This document shows, piece after piece, positions 47,030 through 57,035 of a stretch of 64,000 bases of DNA; the stretch's first letter is position 1; each line of letters starts with the position of its first letter. The notes under the pieces were generated by a model. That model ran no database searches, was not told the origin of the DNA, and saw only the letters and a list, made by a program, of their open reading frames with translations. Both the position numbers and the translations under genes were made by a program. The stretch is taken from NCBI GenBank assembly GCA_045538455.1, contig JAZSRL010000008.1, positions 9,162-73,161 of the forward strand, read 5' to 3'. Origin of the DNA: Clostridia bacterium. Lineage in GTDB: Bacteria > Bacillota > Clostridia > Christensenellales > UBA1242.

Positions 47030-47290
47030 TTACGACGCCAAAGCTTCACTTAATGCTTTCGCCAATTGATCTGGGCAACTTGTACCGCGACCATGGCAAT
47101 TAATTCCTTGCAAACGAGCAATTAAATCCTGTGCTTTTTGCCCTTCTGCCAAAGTTGCAATACCCACGGTGTTACCAGGGCAGCCACCCATAAAGCGCAC
47201 ATTATGCACAATATCTTGATCATCCAATTCAAAACTAATTTGCATACTGCATACACCTTTTGGTTTGTAATTAAACTGTCTCATGTTCAT
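47030..47290 (-). CDS. TSCPD-domain protein (TIGR03905-like)
   Basis: 86 aa with VRFMGGCPGN...INCHGRGTSCPDQLAKAL. Confidence 0.75.
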   Translation of the reverse strand: MNMRQFNYKPKGVCSMQISFELDDQDIVHNVRFMGGCPGNTVGIATLAEGQKAQDLIARLQGINCHGRGTSCPDQLAKALSEALAS

Positions 47291-47846
47291 GATCCTCCTG
47301 CTCTACCAAATGATTATATATAAATTCAAAAACTTCGGGGGCTTTATCTTTCCAACGCGCCGCCGCACGAATCGCATCAGCACGAGAAGGCACACGCAAT
47401 TTTAACTCCATGACATTTTGCGGCCCTGTATAATCTTTAATCATAAAAACCACAGTTTGTGTGCCGTCAGAATTCTTGAAGTAATCAATGCGGTACTCTT
47501 GACTACGCTTCATGCGCAACTTGTTTTCGTCGGCATATTTGATGATACTTTCACGAATTGACGCCGGAATTTTAGTCCAAAAATGAGCCAAGCAATCGCG
47601 ACCATCTTTCGCCAATTGATACATCAAATCTCCCGATACGGTTTTTGCTACCACAAATTTAACATCGACAATTTTTGCTAATGCCTCACGATAATCCATA
47701 TAAGACATTAAATCTGGGTTCGACATAATTATTTCCGATAAAGTATTTTCTGATAACGGAATTTCCATTTTTTCGAAAATAAACAGCAAAATAATCTTGC
47801 GTGTAATTTCATCGGCTACAAAGTAAGTATTGCGTTTATTGTTCAC
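47271..47846 (-). CDS. DUF4364-like protein (putative winged-helix regulator)
   Basis: 191 aa. The N-terminal pattern ITRKIILLFIFEKMEIPLSENTLSEII...Y resembles DUF4364. This is a memory-based call. Confidence 0.5.
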   Translation of the reverse strand: MNNKRNTYFVADEITRKIILLFIFEKMEIPLSENTLSEIIMSNPDLMSYMDYREALAKIVDVKFVVAKTVSGDLMYQLAKDGRDCLAHFWTKIPASIRESIIKYADENKLRMKRSQEYRIDYFKNSDGTQTVVFMIKDYTGPQNVMELKLRVPSRADAIRAAARWKDKAPEVFEFIYNHLVEQEDHEHETV

Positions 47847-49986
47847 CAGTCAAATTATATAACAGTTCCTTAAACCTGGCAAGTTTCTCTTGTTCTTCTT
47901 TTACCAAAGCGGCAGGTGCTTTCGCCATAAAACCTGGATTACCCAAAAGTTTAGTTGCTCGCGCAATTTCCGCACGATAGAAAGCAGTTTGTGCCCCGAC
48001 ATCAATTGGCTTCTCAACTTTTTCAATCTTTGGTTTAGGTTTATCTTTACACTCTTCAATAAATTTATCGCAGAAGTCCGTCCAGAACCATTGTTGTAAC
48101 TCATTAGCAGCAATACCAAATTCGTACTTCTCATAACGACGAGTAATAGTACGAATAATTTTGTTCAAGCTTACTTGCATCCAGTGCTTTTTACCTTTCA
48201 CTGGCATTGGGAACGCTTCAAACGCCAAATCAGTATCATGTCCCAATTCATGCCAAATTTGTTCAGTAATATAAGGTGCGATTGGATGCAACAATTTTAA
48301 GAAACTTTCTAAAGCGGTAACCAGCAATTCGTTATCTTTGTGCATTAACACAAACTTAGTCGCATTCCAAATTTTATTCATAAAGTAACGGGCTTTCGTA
48401 ATTTTCTCATCGCCGTAATTTGGATCACGATCCAAGCTGGAACCAAACAACAATGAATAGCGCAGCACATCGCAACCATATTGTTCAATAATATCAATCG
48501 GATCAATTCCATTACCAAATGATTTACTCATTTTAAGACCTTGGCTATCACGAACCAAACCATGAAACAAGACAGTATGGAATGGTAATTGTTTTGTGTG
48601 ATAAAGTCCGGAGAATACCATACGAATAACCCAGAAGAAAATTATTTCATAAGCGGTAACCAAGACATCGGTCGGATAGAAATAATTATAGTCTTCTTGA
48701 TTTTTATTCAAGGTCACAAATGGCCACAAAGCCGACGAAAACCAAGTATCTAAAACATCGGTCTCCCCTTCAATCGGAATACGATGCCCTGAAATTAATT
48801 GACGCGAAATACACCAATCTTTGATATTATTCAACCAGTTCAAATACATTTTTTGAAATTTCTTCGGTACAATATTTAATCCATTATTCAAAGCTTGAAT
48901 TGCAGGTTGCGCCAAATCATGCATTTTAACAAACCATTGTTTTGAAATCATTGGTTCGGCAGTTTGGTGACAACGGTAGCATTGACCAACATTAGAGATG
49001 TGCTCTTTGGTAGCTAATAACAAACCGGCAGCTTCCAAATCGGCAACAACTGCTTCACGCGCAGCAGTCACTGTCATACCAGCATATTCACCAACATCAC
49101 CACACATCAAACCATTTTCATCAATAACCTTAATATGCGATAATTTATGTCGTTCACCCACTTCATAATCATTGTGGTCATGAGCTGGCGTAATTTTAAC
49201 TGCTCCAGTTCCAAATTTCATATCAACGGATTCATCGCCAATAACTGGAATCTCACGATTAGTCAACGGCAATGGTACTGTTTTGCCAATTAAATCTTGA
49301 TAGCGCTTATCGTTTGGATTAACTGCAACAGCCACATCACCAAACAAAGTTTCAGGACGCGTAGTTGCAACGCGCAATGGACCGTATTGAATTGTCCAAA
49401 TTTTACGCTTAACCTCGCTATATTCAACCTCAATGTCGGATAATGCGGTATGACAATAAGGACACCAATTAATCATGCGCTCGCCTTGATAAATATATCC
49501 GTCATTATACAAACGATGGAATGCTTTATTAACCTCTTCTTTGCAATGGTCTTCCATGGTAAAGGTAAATCGCGACCAGTCACAAGACAAGCCTAAACGC
49601 TTAAATTGATTACAGATAACACCTTCATAATGGTCATACCAATTTTGAATACGCTCCATAAATTGTTCACGGGTTAAATCCTGTTTATTAATGCCTTCTT
49701 TTTTTAATTCTTCAACAACTTTTGCTTCAGTTGCAATGGCAGCATGGTCAGCACCAGGCAACATCAAAGCTTCGTAACCTTGCATGCGCTTAAAACGAAT
49801 TAAAGCATCAATAATCGTGCAATTAAAAGCATGTCCAATATGCAATTTACTGGTAATATTGGGTGGTGGCATAATAACAGTAAAAGGTTTTTTATCACGA
49901 TTTACATTTGCTTTAAAAGTATTATTATCAAGCCACTTTGCATTGTAATAGGCCTCACACGCCTTGAAGTCAAAATTTTTATCCAT
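47836..49986 (-). CDS. valS: Valine--tRNA ligase (short, with unusual C-terminal domain order)
   Basis: PPPNITSKLHIGHA (HIGH), the editing domain TTRPETLFGDVAVAVNP and GTGAVKITPAHDHNDYE, LKMSKSFGN (KMSKS), and a C-terminal KLLGNPGFMAKAP. Confidence 0.85.
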   Translation of the reverse strand: MDKNFDFKACEAYYNAKWLDNNTFKANVNRDKKPFTVIMPPPNITSKLHIGHAFNCTIIDALIRFKRMQGYEALMLPGADHAAIATEAKVVEELKKEGINKQDLTREQFMERIQNWYDHYEGVICNQFKRLGLSCDWSRFTFTMEDHCKEEVNKAFHRLYNDGYIYQGERMINWCPYCHTALSDIEVEYSEVKRKIWTIQYGPLRVATTRPETLFGDVAVAVNPNDKRYQDLIGKTVPLPLTNREIPVIGDESVDMKFGTGAVKITPAHDHNDYEVGERHKLSHIKVIDENGLMCGDVGEYAGMTVTAAREAVVADLEAAGLLLATKEHISNVGQCYRCHQTAEPMISKQWFVKMHDLAQPAIQALNNGLNIVPKKFQKMYLNWLNNIKDWCISRQLISGHRIPIEGETDVLDTWFSSALWPFVTLNKNQEDYNYFYPTDVLVTAYEIIFFWVIRMVFSGLYHTKQLPFHTVLFHGLVRDSQGLKMSKSFGNGIDPIDIIEQYGCDVLRYSLLFGSSLDRDPNYGDEKITKARYFMNKIWNATKFVLMHKDNELLVTALESFLKLLHPIAPYITEQIWHELGHDTDLAFEAFPMPVKGKKHWMQVSLNKIIRTITRRYEKYEFGIAANELQQWFWTDFCDKFIEECKDKPKPKIEKVEKPIDVGAQTAFYRAEIARATKLLGNPGFMAKAPAALVKEEQEKLARFKELLYNLTGEQ

Positions 49987-49998
49987 GCGTATAGTTTA

Positions 49999-52725
49999 CT
50001 ATAAACCGTAGAGTTCTGCAACCTGTTCCCGTGTCGCGATAACTTCACGCGGCTTACCGTTACCAAAATCAGCGCCCACAAAGCCCGCGCGTTCTAATTG
50101 ATCCATAATGCGACCAGCACGCCCAAAACCAACAGAGAACTTGCGTTGAATTTCCGAAATTGATAATGTACGGCGAATATTGTTTTCACGAACAGCATAA
50201 CGCAAAATTTCCACCATTTTTGGATCTTGGTCGTTAAGTTCACTACCTGCATCACCGAAACCACTGGCTGCCCCACCTTCAGGGATACCGTTTAAAATTA
50301 AATCTTCAATTTCTAAATTAAATTCCGGCGGATTCTTTTCACGAACAAAGTTTGTTACACGATGAGTTTCATCATTTGTCATGAAGCAACCTTGAACACG
50401 CTCGATACCCTTGGCCGTCATAAATAACATATCACCACGCCCCATCAAAGTTTCGGCACCAATCGTATCTAGAATTGTACGACTGTCAAAACCACTAGTA
50501 ACACGGAAAGCAATACGCGTACCAATATTTGCTTTAATAACGCCACCGATAACATCAACACTAGGTCTTTGTGTCGCAAGAATTAAATGGATACCCGCAG
50601 CACGAGCTTTTTGCGCCAAGTTTTGAATACAATCTTCAACTTCTTTTTTGTTGCGCAACATCAAGTCAGCCGTTTCATCAACAACCATAACAATGTATGG
50701 CATCGCAGGAATTTGGCCACTCTTATATGCAGGTAAAGCATGATATAAAGCAATGTTATTAACATGTTGACCTTGCAATAATTCATAACGGTGGTCCATT
50801 TCCCGAATTAACCACTTAAAGGCATTAACCGCATGCGTAGCATTAGAAATACATCTTTCGATTAACATATGAGGCAAACCGTTATACATGCCTAATTCAA
50901 CACCGCCCTTCATATCAATGAGCATCAATTTCAATTCTTCTGGACTTGACTTGTAAATCAAGCTAGTCAAAATAGTATTAATACAAACAGATTTACCAGA
51001 ACCCGTAGTACCTGCCACCAACAAGTGCGGCATTTCGGTTAAGTCGGCAACGACCAAATCATCGTTAATATTTTTTCCAAGACAAATTGCCAACGGGCTT
51101 TTGTGCATTAAGAATTCGCGCGATCCCAATAAATCCTTAATTGAAACGGTACCAATAGTACGGTTAGGAACTTCAATACCAATCGCGTTTTTACCTTCAA
51201 TTGGACTTTCCATACGCGTGTTATTGGTTTTTAAAACAAAATTCATATCGTCACGCAAATTTTCAACTTGGGAAACACGCGTACCAGCTTCCGGCACAAT
51301 TTCAAAACGGGTTACCGCTGGTGCAACACTAAAACTATGCACACGAGCACGAACATTGTATTGTTGGAATAATTCATTTAATTTGGCTTCTTTCTCACTA
51401 GCTTCCTCATTAAATTGACTTAAATCCATACTTTGCGTGTGGATTAAATCCAATGTCGGCTTAATGTAGCGCTTATTTTTGAAAGTATCGATTTTGGTTT
51501 CCTTGGTTTCGGTTGGCACATCCAACGGAAAAACTGTTTGACCGACTGGATTATTGTTTTGAATTGCAGAAAGATTTCTACGGCGCCCCATTGCCGGATT
51601 AGTTGGTGGTTGTGCATTAGGATTATTCGGCGGCGACCACATCGTGTCCGCACCTTGCCATGGCATCGAACCATTTTGCCCCCAGCCGTTTGCTTGTGGA
51701 GCTGGTTGCGACATTGTATTTGGCATACCCATTCCTGTCGGCATAGTTGGTGTTGGCATCGGCGATGAAGGCATATAAGGATAAACCGGCGCAGTTGGTG
51801 TTGGCATCTGTGGGAAAATAGGGGGTTGCGGCGGAGTTGGCATTGGATTAGCAGGAGCCGCCCACGAAGAACCGTCCATCCCCTGCCATGGAATAGCAAC
51901 ACCGTTATTATAAATCGACAAACCCATTGGCGCGGCAGCTGCAGCATTCATAGTCGCTTGATTAATACCGTCTGCCGTTAAATTATTTAAGGGAACTGGA
52001 CTATCCGCTTTAACTTTCGCAGCTTCTTTTTTCGGCAACGCCCCTAACCCAAGCAAACTTTTTTGCGATTCAAATTCCCGGCGGTTTTCACGCATAATTT
52101 CTTTACTAATGGCATGAAATTTTTCGTACAGTTCTGCGGTAGTGGTCGCATAATCACGAGTTTCCGGCATTTCGGCTTTCTTAGCCTCCATAATAATTAA
52201 ATTCTTTTCACGGTTTTTTACAATAATGCGATTAATTACCAAAGCCAAACCAATTAAAAAGAAAACGCTAAGTAACAAATAAGTACCGATAATGCCAGAA
52301 ATAATTAACAGTAAATACGATGGCAAACCAAACAAAACACCACCCGGGGTTAAAGGATTTGCTGCAAAGCAATAATTTAGGTAATAACCAAAGTCTGCGC
52401 TATTACCACCGTCAATCACGGCTTGAGTAAATCCAACATGCATCGCCGTAAAAAACGAAAAAAGAATAATAATCGCACCCCAAAGATATTGAGAATCAAC
52501 GCGAATGCGTTTTCCATTACGCAAGCACAGACCAAAGATAGCTGTCAAAAGGAAAATACAATAAGTATAAATACCAGTAACTCCGTACAAGAAATCTGCC
52601 ACTACTCCACCCATGCGAAATAACAACAAAAGCGCCGCAATTCCAGATGCCCAAATAATAACATCCCCAAACGGGAAGGGGCGTTTTTCATTCTGCAACC
52701 GAGTGCGGTGGATAGTACCGTCCAT
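49999..52725 (-). CDS. ftsK: FtsK/SpoIIIE family DNA translocase
   Basis: N-terminal TM helices, a P/M/Q-rich linker, the motor LLVAGTTGSGKS (Walker A), and a C-terminal gamma-domain-like winged helix. Confidence 0.92.
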   Translation of the reverse strand: MDGTIHRTRLQNEKRPFPFGDVIIWASGIAALLLLFRMGGVVADFLYGVTGIYTYCIFLLTAIFGLCLRNGKRIRVDSQYLWGAIIILFSFFTAMHVGFTQAVIDGGNSADFGYYLNYCFAANPLTPGGVLFGLPSYLLLIISGIIGTYLLLSVFFLIGLALVINRIIVKNREKNLIIMEAKKAEMPETRDYATTTAELYEKFHAISKEIMRENRREFESQKSLLGLGALPKKEAAKVKADSPVPLNNLTADGINQATMNAAAAAPMGLSIYNNGVAIPWQGMDGSSWAAPANPMPTPPQPPIFPQMPTPTAPVYPYMPSSPMPTPTMPTGMGMPNTMSQPAPQANGWGQNGSMPWQGADTMWSPPNNPNAQPPTNPAMGRRRNLSAIQNNNPVGQTVFPLDVPTETKETKIDTFKNKRYIKPTLDLIHTQSMDLSQFNEEASEKEAKLNELFQQYNVRARVHSFSVAPAVTRFEIVPEAGTRVSQVENLRDDMNFVLKTNNTRMESPIEGKNAIGIEVPNRTIGTVSIKDLLGSREFLMHKSPLAICLGKNINDDLVVADLTEMPHLLVAGTTGSGKSVCINTILTSLIYKSSPEELKLMLIDMKGGVELGMYNGLPHMLIERCISNATHAVNAFKWLIREMDHRYELLQGQHVNNIALYHALPAYKSGQIPAMPYIVMVVDETADLMLRNKKEVEDCIQNLAQKARAAGIHLILATQRPSVDVIGGVIKANIGTRIAFRVTSGFDSRTILDTIGAETLMGRGDMLFMTAKGIERVQGCFMTNDETHRVTNFVREKNPPEFNLEIEDLILNGIPEGGAASGFGDAGSELNDQDPKMVEILRYAVRENNIRRTLSISEIQRKFSVGFGRAGRIMDQLERAGFVGADFGNGKPREVIATREQVAELYGL

Positions 52726-52765
52726 TATCTTAAATTATATACAAAATTTTTATTTTCGTAAAATA

Positions 52766-54100
52766 TTATTTGCCAACTATAACTGTAATAAATTTTTCAG
52801 GTAACAAGTATTTTTTAATAACCTGATTAACATCCGCAACAGTTATCGCATCAATGTTTTGCAATTCCTCTTCAAAACTAACCACACGATTAAAAACAGA
52901 AACAACATCTGCACTGTGTGCGTTGACTTTGCTGGTAATTTCACTACTAAACAAGCGTTGCATATGCCATTGGTTACGATATTTATCAAGCTCTTCATTT
53001 GTAATTCCATCACGCAATAATGTTTGTAATTCACGAGTGACAACATCAATAACTTTTTGTGTGTTTTGCGGGGTACACGAAAATACAACTTTTAAATTAC
53101 CACCAATATCGCTCAGTTCTAATTCGGAGTGAATGGAATAAACCAATCCTAACTTTTCGCGAACATTTATAAATAAGCGACTACTCATATCGCCACCAAA
53201 CAATAAACTAAACAAAAACAAAGCGTGACGGTCCTCGTGATATTGATTGCAAACCGGAATTGCCAGCGCAACATGTTGTTGTTCCGTATCTTTTTTGACT
53301 TGTAACCGTGTCGGCGCAGGATTAATTGCCGGCACATTTTCGCGTTGTTTTGGAGCAACCGGAACCTCATAAAGCGGAACAAGTAGTTCCAAACCCCCAT
53401 AAACAGGTTTTCTTGAAATAAAATATTTCGCTACTAACTCTTGTGCGCGTTCTACCGTAATATCGCCGGCAAATGCAATAATTGTATTTCGCGGTTCATA
53501 ATGTTTTCGAATATATTTATGTATATCTTCTGGCTTATATTTTTTGATTGCATCGGCATAACCAGCAACCGGATGTTCATATTTTGTACCACGATAAAAG
53601 ACTTGATTCATGCGATCATACATCACCGAAGTCGGATTATCTTCGTGCATTGCAATTTCTTGCACAATGACATCACCTTCTTTATCGAAATCGTCATCTT
53701 CAAATTTAGTATTAAAATACATATCGGATAAAAGGTCGACACAACTTTCCAAATTTTCAGCAATGGCCTTAGTATAATAACAAGTTGCGCATTCACTGGT
53801 CCATGCGTTATAAGACACACCTAAGCGCGAAAATTCATCAATAATTTGTTGACCAGTTCGATTGGTCGTTCCCTTAAATAACATATGTTCACAAAAATGG
53901 GACAAACCTTGTTCATCTTTGGTTTCATCACCACTACCCGCCATTATCATCATGCTAAAAGCAACGCTTTTAAAACCTGGCATGGGCGTAACCACCAGAC
54001 GCAATCCATTATCCCAAGTATATAATTTTGTTTCCACATAGATATGATAGCCAAATTCATAAAATGAAGCAAATGATAATATGATTAAATAAGATGCCAA
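52766..54100 (-). CDS. M16 family (insulinase-like) zinc peptidase
   Basis: GLSHFCEHMLFKGT (HxxEH). The start is uncertain; a GTG at 54037 gives VETKLYTWDNGLRLVV, which is typical of the family. Confidence 0.8.
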   Translation of the reverse strand: MASYLIILSFASFYEFGYHIYVETKLYTWDNGLRLVVTPMPGFKSVAFSMMIMAGSGDETKDEQGLSHFCEHMLFKGTTNRTGQQIIDEFSRLGVSYNAWTSECATCYYTKAIAENLESCVDLLSDMYFNTKFEDDDFDKEGDVIVQEIAMHEDNPTSVMYDRMNQVFYRGTKYEHPVAGYADAIKKYKPEDIHKYIRKHYEPRNTIIAFAGDITVERAQELVAKYFISRKPVYGGLELLVPLYEVPVAPKQRENVPAINPAPTRLQVKKDTEQQHVALAIPVCNQYHEDRHALFLFSLLFGGDMSSRLFINVREKLGLVYSIHSELELSDIGGNLKVVFSCTPQNTQKVIDVVTRELQTLLRDGITNEELDKYRNQWHMQRLFSSEITSKVNAHSADVVSVFNRVVSFEEELQNIDAITVADVNQVIKKYLLPEKFITVIVGK

Positions 54101-54801
54101 ATAAGAGAATTGTAATTTCCAACGCCATCATTTGCAGTATATTATGTATCCTTGGATTTTTGGTTAGCACAGTTAATACTAACCAAACCTATCTTACCGT
54201 CACTGCCCCATTTTATAATGGCGAACGCAACAACCAAGAGCTTGGGCTGATGTTTATTATTGATGACCCTTTATTAGCTAATAACTTACCGACAATTTTG
54301 GAAACATTAGATAAAGCCGAAGCCACAGCGACTTTTTTCTTTACCGGTACAGCAGCAATTAACAACCTAGAATTACTACAAAAACTAGCCATAAAACACG
54401 AGCTAGGCAATTACGGTTTTTCAAATACTTTGCTCAATATTGCAGATAAATCCGCAATTACCGAAGAAATTCGTTTAAGCGATGCCTTAATTAACTCTTT
54501 GGTTCACAAGCAAATGAAAGTATTCACACCGCCACAATATGCTTATAACAAACACACCCTAGCAATGGCTGATAATCTTGGTTATACAACAATTTTACCA
54601 ACCAATCGCAATGCGGTTATTGATTGGGAAACATCAGACAGTAATTTGGTACTATCCTACGCCACTCATAACATACAAAATGGCGACATTGTTGCCTTAA
54701 AGCCGACCGTCGCCACTATGCAATGTTTCTCACAAATCGTTGCGGATTACACGACCCGCGGTTTAAAAATTATTTCGCTGGAGCGTCTTTTTCATTTGTA
54801 G
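54094..54801 (+). CDS. Polysaccharide deacetylase (NodB-homology) family protein
   Basis: N-terminal TM/signal segment, MFIIDDP (a variant of the TFDDG motif), and ATFFFTG...HELGNYG. The pnp / deacetylase / M16 peptidase synteny matches that of Bacilli. Confidence 0.6.
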   Translation: MPNKRIVISNAIICSILCILGFLVSTVNTNQTYLTVTAPFYNGERNNQELGLMFIIDDPLLANNLPTILETLDKAEATATFFFTGTAAINNLELLQKLAIKHELGNYGFSNTLLNIADKSAITEEIRLSDALINSLVHKQMKVFTPPQYAYNKHTLAMADNLGYTTILPTNRNAVIDWETSDSNLVLSYATHNIQNGDIVALKPTVATMQCFSQIVADYTTRGLKIISLERLFHL

Positions 54802-56887
54802 GTGGCACAATTCGTTGTAAATCGATACGACCTTTTTCGTCAATTTTAATGACTTTAACTTTGATTTTGTCACCAACTTTAACGACATCTTCCACTTTAT
54901 TAACGCGTTCTTTAGCCAACTTGGAAATATGAACCATACCTTCCAAAGCTTCGGTTAATTTAACAAAACAACCAAAATCCAAAATACGAACAACCGTACC
55001 TTCAAAAGTTTGACCGACTTCTGGCTCTAAAACAATATCGGCGATGATAGCCTTTGCTTTTTCGACCATCACAGAATCGGAACCACCGATAAAGACTTTA
55101 CCGTCGTCTTCAATGTCAATCTTGACACCGGTTTGGTCGATAATCTTGTTAATTGTTTTACCACCACTACCAATAACATCTTTAATTTTGTCAGGATTAA
55201 TTTTAAAAGTAATTACTTTCGGAGCATATTTTGAAGTTTCTTTAGCTGGTGCTTTAATTTCAGCGTTCATAATTTTTAAGATCTTCAAACGACCTTCACG
55301 CGCTTGCGCCAAAGCCGTCGTAATAATCTCTTTATCGATACCGGCAATCTTAATATCCATTTGAATCGCAGTAATACCTTTTTCAGTACCGGCAACTTTA
55401 AAGTCCATATCACCATAGAAATCTTCAACACCTTGAATATCGGTTAAGACTGCAATTTTGCGACTATTTTTGTCTTTAATCAATCCCATCGCAATACCAG
55501 CAACAGCAGCTTTAATCGGCACACCTGCATTCATCAATGACATGGAGCTGCCGCAAACCGAAGCCATTGAAGAACTACCGTTACTAGACAAGACTTCGCT
55601 AACCGTACGGATTGCGTACGGGAATTCTTCTTCACTTGGTAAAACAGGAATCAAGGCGCGTTCCGCTAAAGCACCATGCCCGATTTCACGACGACCAGGC
55701 GCACGCAATTGACGCGCTTCCCCAGTTGCATAAGGTGGCATGTTGTATTGGTGCATATAGCGTTTTGCTTCTTCATCATCAATACCGTCTAATTTTTGAG
55801 CATCACTCAACATACCCAAAGTACAAACATTCAAGACTTGTGTATTACCACGAGTAAACACAGCCGAACCATGAGTACGCGGCAATAAACCAGTTGTCAC
55901 CCAAATCGGACGAATATCTTTCGTGCCACGGCCATCGGGACGAACACCTTGATTCAAGATTTTTTCACGAACAACTTCTTTTTTAATTTTGTTCATGACT
56001 TGGATGATATCACCCTTACTTTCTTCCCAAACATCAGCAAATTGGTCCGCTACAATCGTGTCAACTTTATCTTCTTCGACACGGCGTTTAATTGTATCTG
56101 TTTCTTTTAACGCAGTTTCTATAAAGCTGGTAGCAAAAGAACGCACTTGCTCTTCTAGCTTGCTATCAATTGTATGCAATGCAACCTTGCGTTTTTCTTT
56201 ACCAATTTTTTTCGCAATACCGACTTGGAATTCACACAAATTTTTAATTTCTTCATGAGCAAACATAATTGCGTCGACCATGTCAGCTTCACTAACTTCG
56301 TTAGCTCCGGCTTCAACCATCAATACCGCTTCACTAGTACCACTAACGGTCAAATGCAAATCACTTTGACTTTGTTCCAAAGCGGTTGGGTTACAAATTA
56401 ATTTGCCATCCACGCGTGCAACTTGTACGGCACCGGTTGGACCGCCCCAAGGAATATCACTAATAGTCAAAGCCACAGAAGACGCCAACATACCCAATGG
56501 TTCCGGTGCAACATCTGGGTCAACCGACAAAGTTGTCACAACCACAGCCACATCATTGTGTAAGTTCTTATCAAACAAAGGACGCAAAGGACGATCGATC
56601 AAGCGACTGGTCAAAATTGCTTTGTCGCCACCGCGTCCTTCACGCCTTGTAAATCCGCCAGGAATTTTACCAACAGAATATAATTTTTCTTGGAAATCGA
56701 CGCCTAATGGGAAAAAATCAATTCCGTCACGCGGTTGATCTGCCATGGTAACATTGGCCATAATGACCGTTTCACCACAACTTACCAAACATGTGCCGTG
56801 CGCTAATCCACATAAAGCACCAGTTTCCACAGTTACTGTACGATTACCAATCGTTGTTGTCCATTTTTTATTATCCATAAATGTCAT
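54770..56887 (-). CDS. pnp: Polyribonucleotide nucleotidyltransferase (PNPase)
   Basis: Two RNase PH domains, then a KH domain (IGSGGKTINKI) and an S1 domain (GTVVRILDFGCFVKL). Confidence 0.95.
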   Translation of the reverse strand: MTFMDNKKWTTTIGNRTVTVETGALCGLAHGTCLVSCGETVIMANVTMADQPRDGIDFFPLGVDFQEKLYSVGKIPGGFTRREGRGGDKAILTSRLIDRPLRPLFDKNLHNDVAVVVTTLSVDPDVAPEPLGMLASSVALTISDIPWGGPTGAVQVARVDGKLICNPTALEQSQSDLHLTVSGTSEAVLMVEAGANEVSEADMVDAIMFAHEEIKNLCEFQVGIAKKIGKEKRKVALHTIDSKLEEQVRSFATSFIETALKETDTIKRRVEEDKVDTIVADQFADVWEESKGDIIQVMNKIKKEVVREKILNQGVRPDGRGTKDIRPIWVTTGLLPRTHGSAVFTRGNTQVLNVCTLGMLSDAQKLDGIDDEEAKRYMHQYNMPPYATGEARQLRAPGRREIGHGALAERALIPVLPSEEEFPYAIRTVSEVLSSNGSSSMASVCGSSMSLMNAGVPIKAAVAGIAMGLIKDKNSRKIAVLTDIQGVEDFYGDMDFKVAGTEKGITAIQMDIKIAGIDKEIITTALAQAREGRLKILKIMNAEIKAPAKETSKYAPKVITFKINPDKIKDVIGSGGKTINKIIDQTGVKIDIEDDGKVFIGGSDSVMVEKAKAIIADIVLEPEVGQTFEGTVVRILDFGCFVKLTEALEGMVHISKLAKERVNKVEDVVKVGDKIKVKVIKIDEKGRIDLQRIVPPTNEKDAPAK

Positions 56888-56918
56888 TATATCATAAGTT
56901 CATCGTATATGCAATTTT

Positions 56919-57029
56919 TTATTCGCTTTGCTCTGTTTCATCATCATGCTCTTTACAATGAAAGAAGCAGAAGATGTGCATGATGATTGCCCAAATCTTT
57001 TTAAAAAATTTGACCACACACGCTTTCAT
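56919..57029 (-). CDS. Possible small hydrophobic peptide (36 aa), not in the ORF track
   Basis: Hand translation gives MKACVVKFFKKIWAIIMHIFCFFHCKEHDDETEQSE. A GGGGG lies 9 nt upstream of the ATG at 57029. Confidence 0.2.
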   Translation of the reverse strand: MKACVVKFFKKIWAIIMHIFCFFHCKEHDDETEQSE

Positions 57030-57035
57030 TGAAGT

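Noticed and set aside
51444-51947. 167-aa (-) ORF and 76-aa (+) ORF within ftsK.
   Set aside because: These are alternative frames of the Pro/Met/Gln-rich FtsK linker. The compositional bias keeps them open, and there is no independent support.
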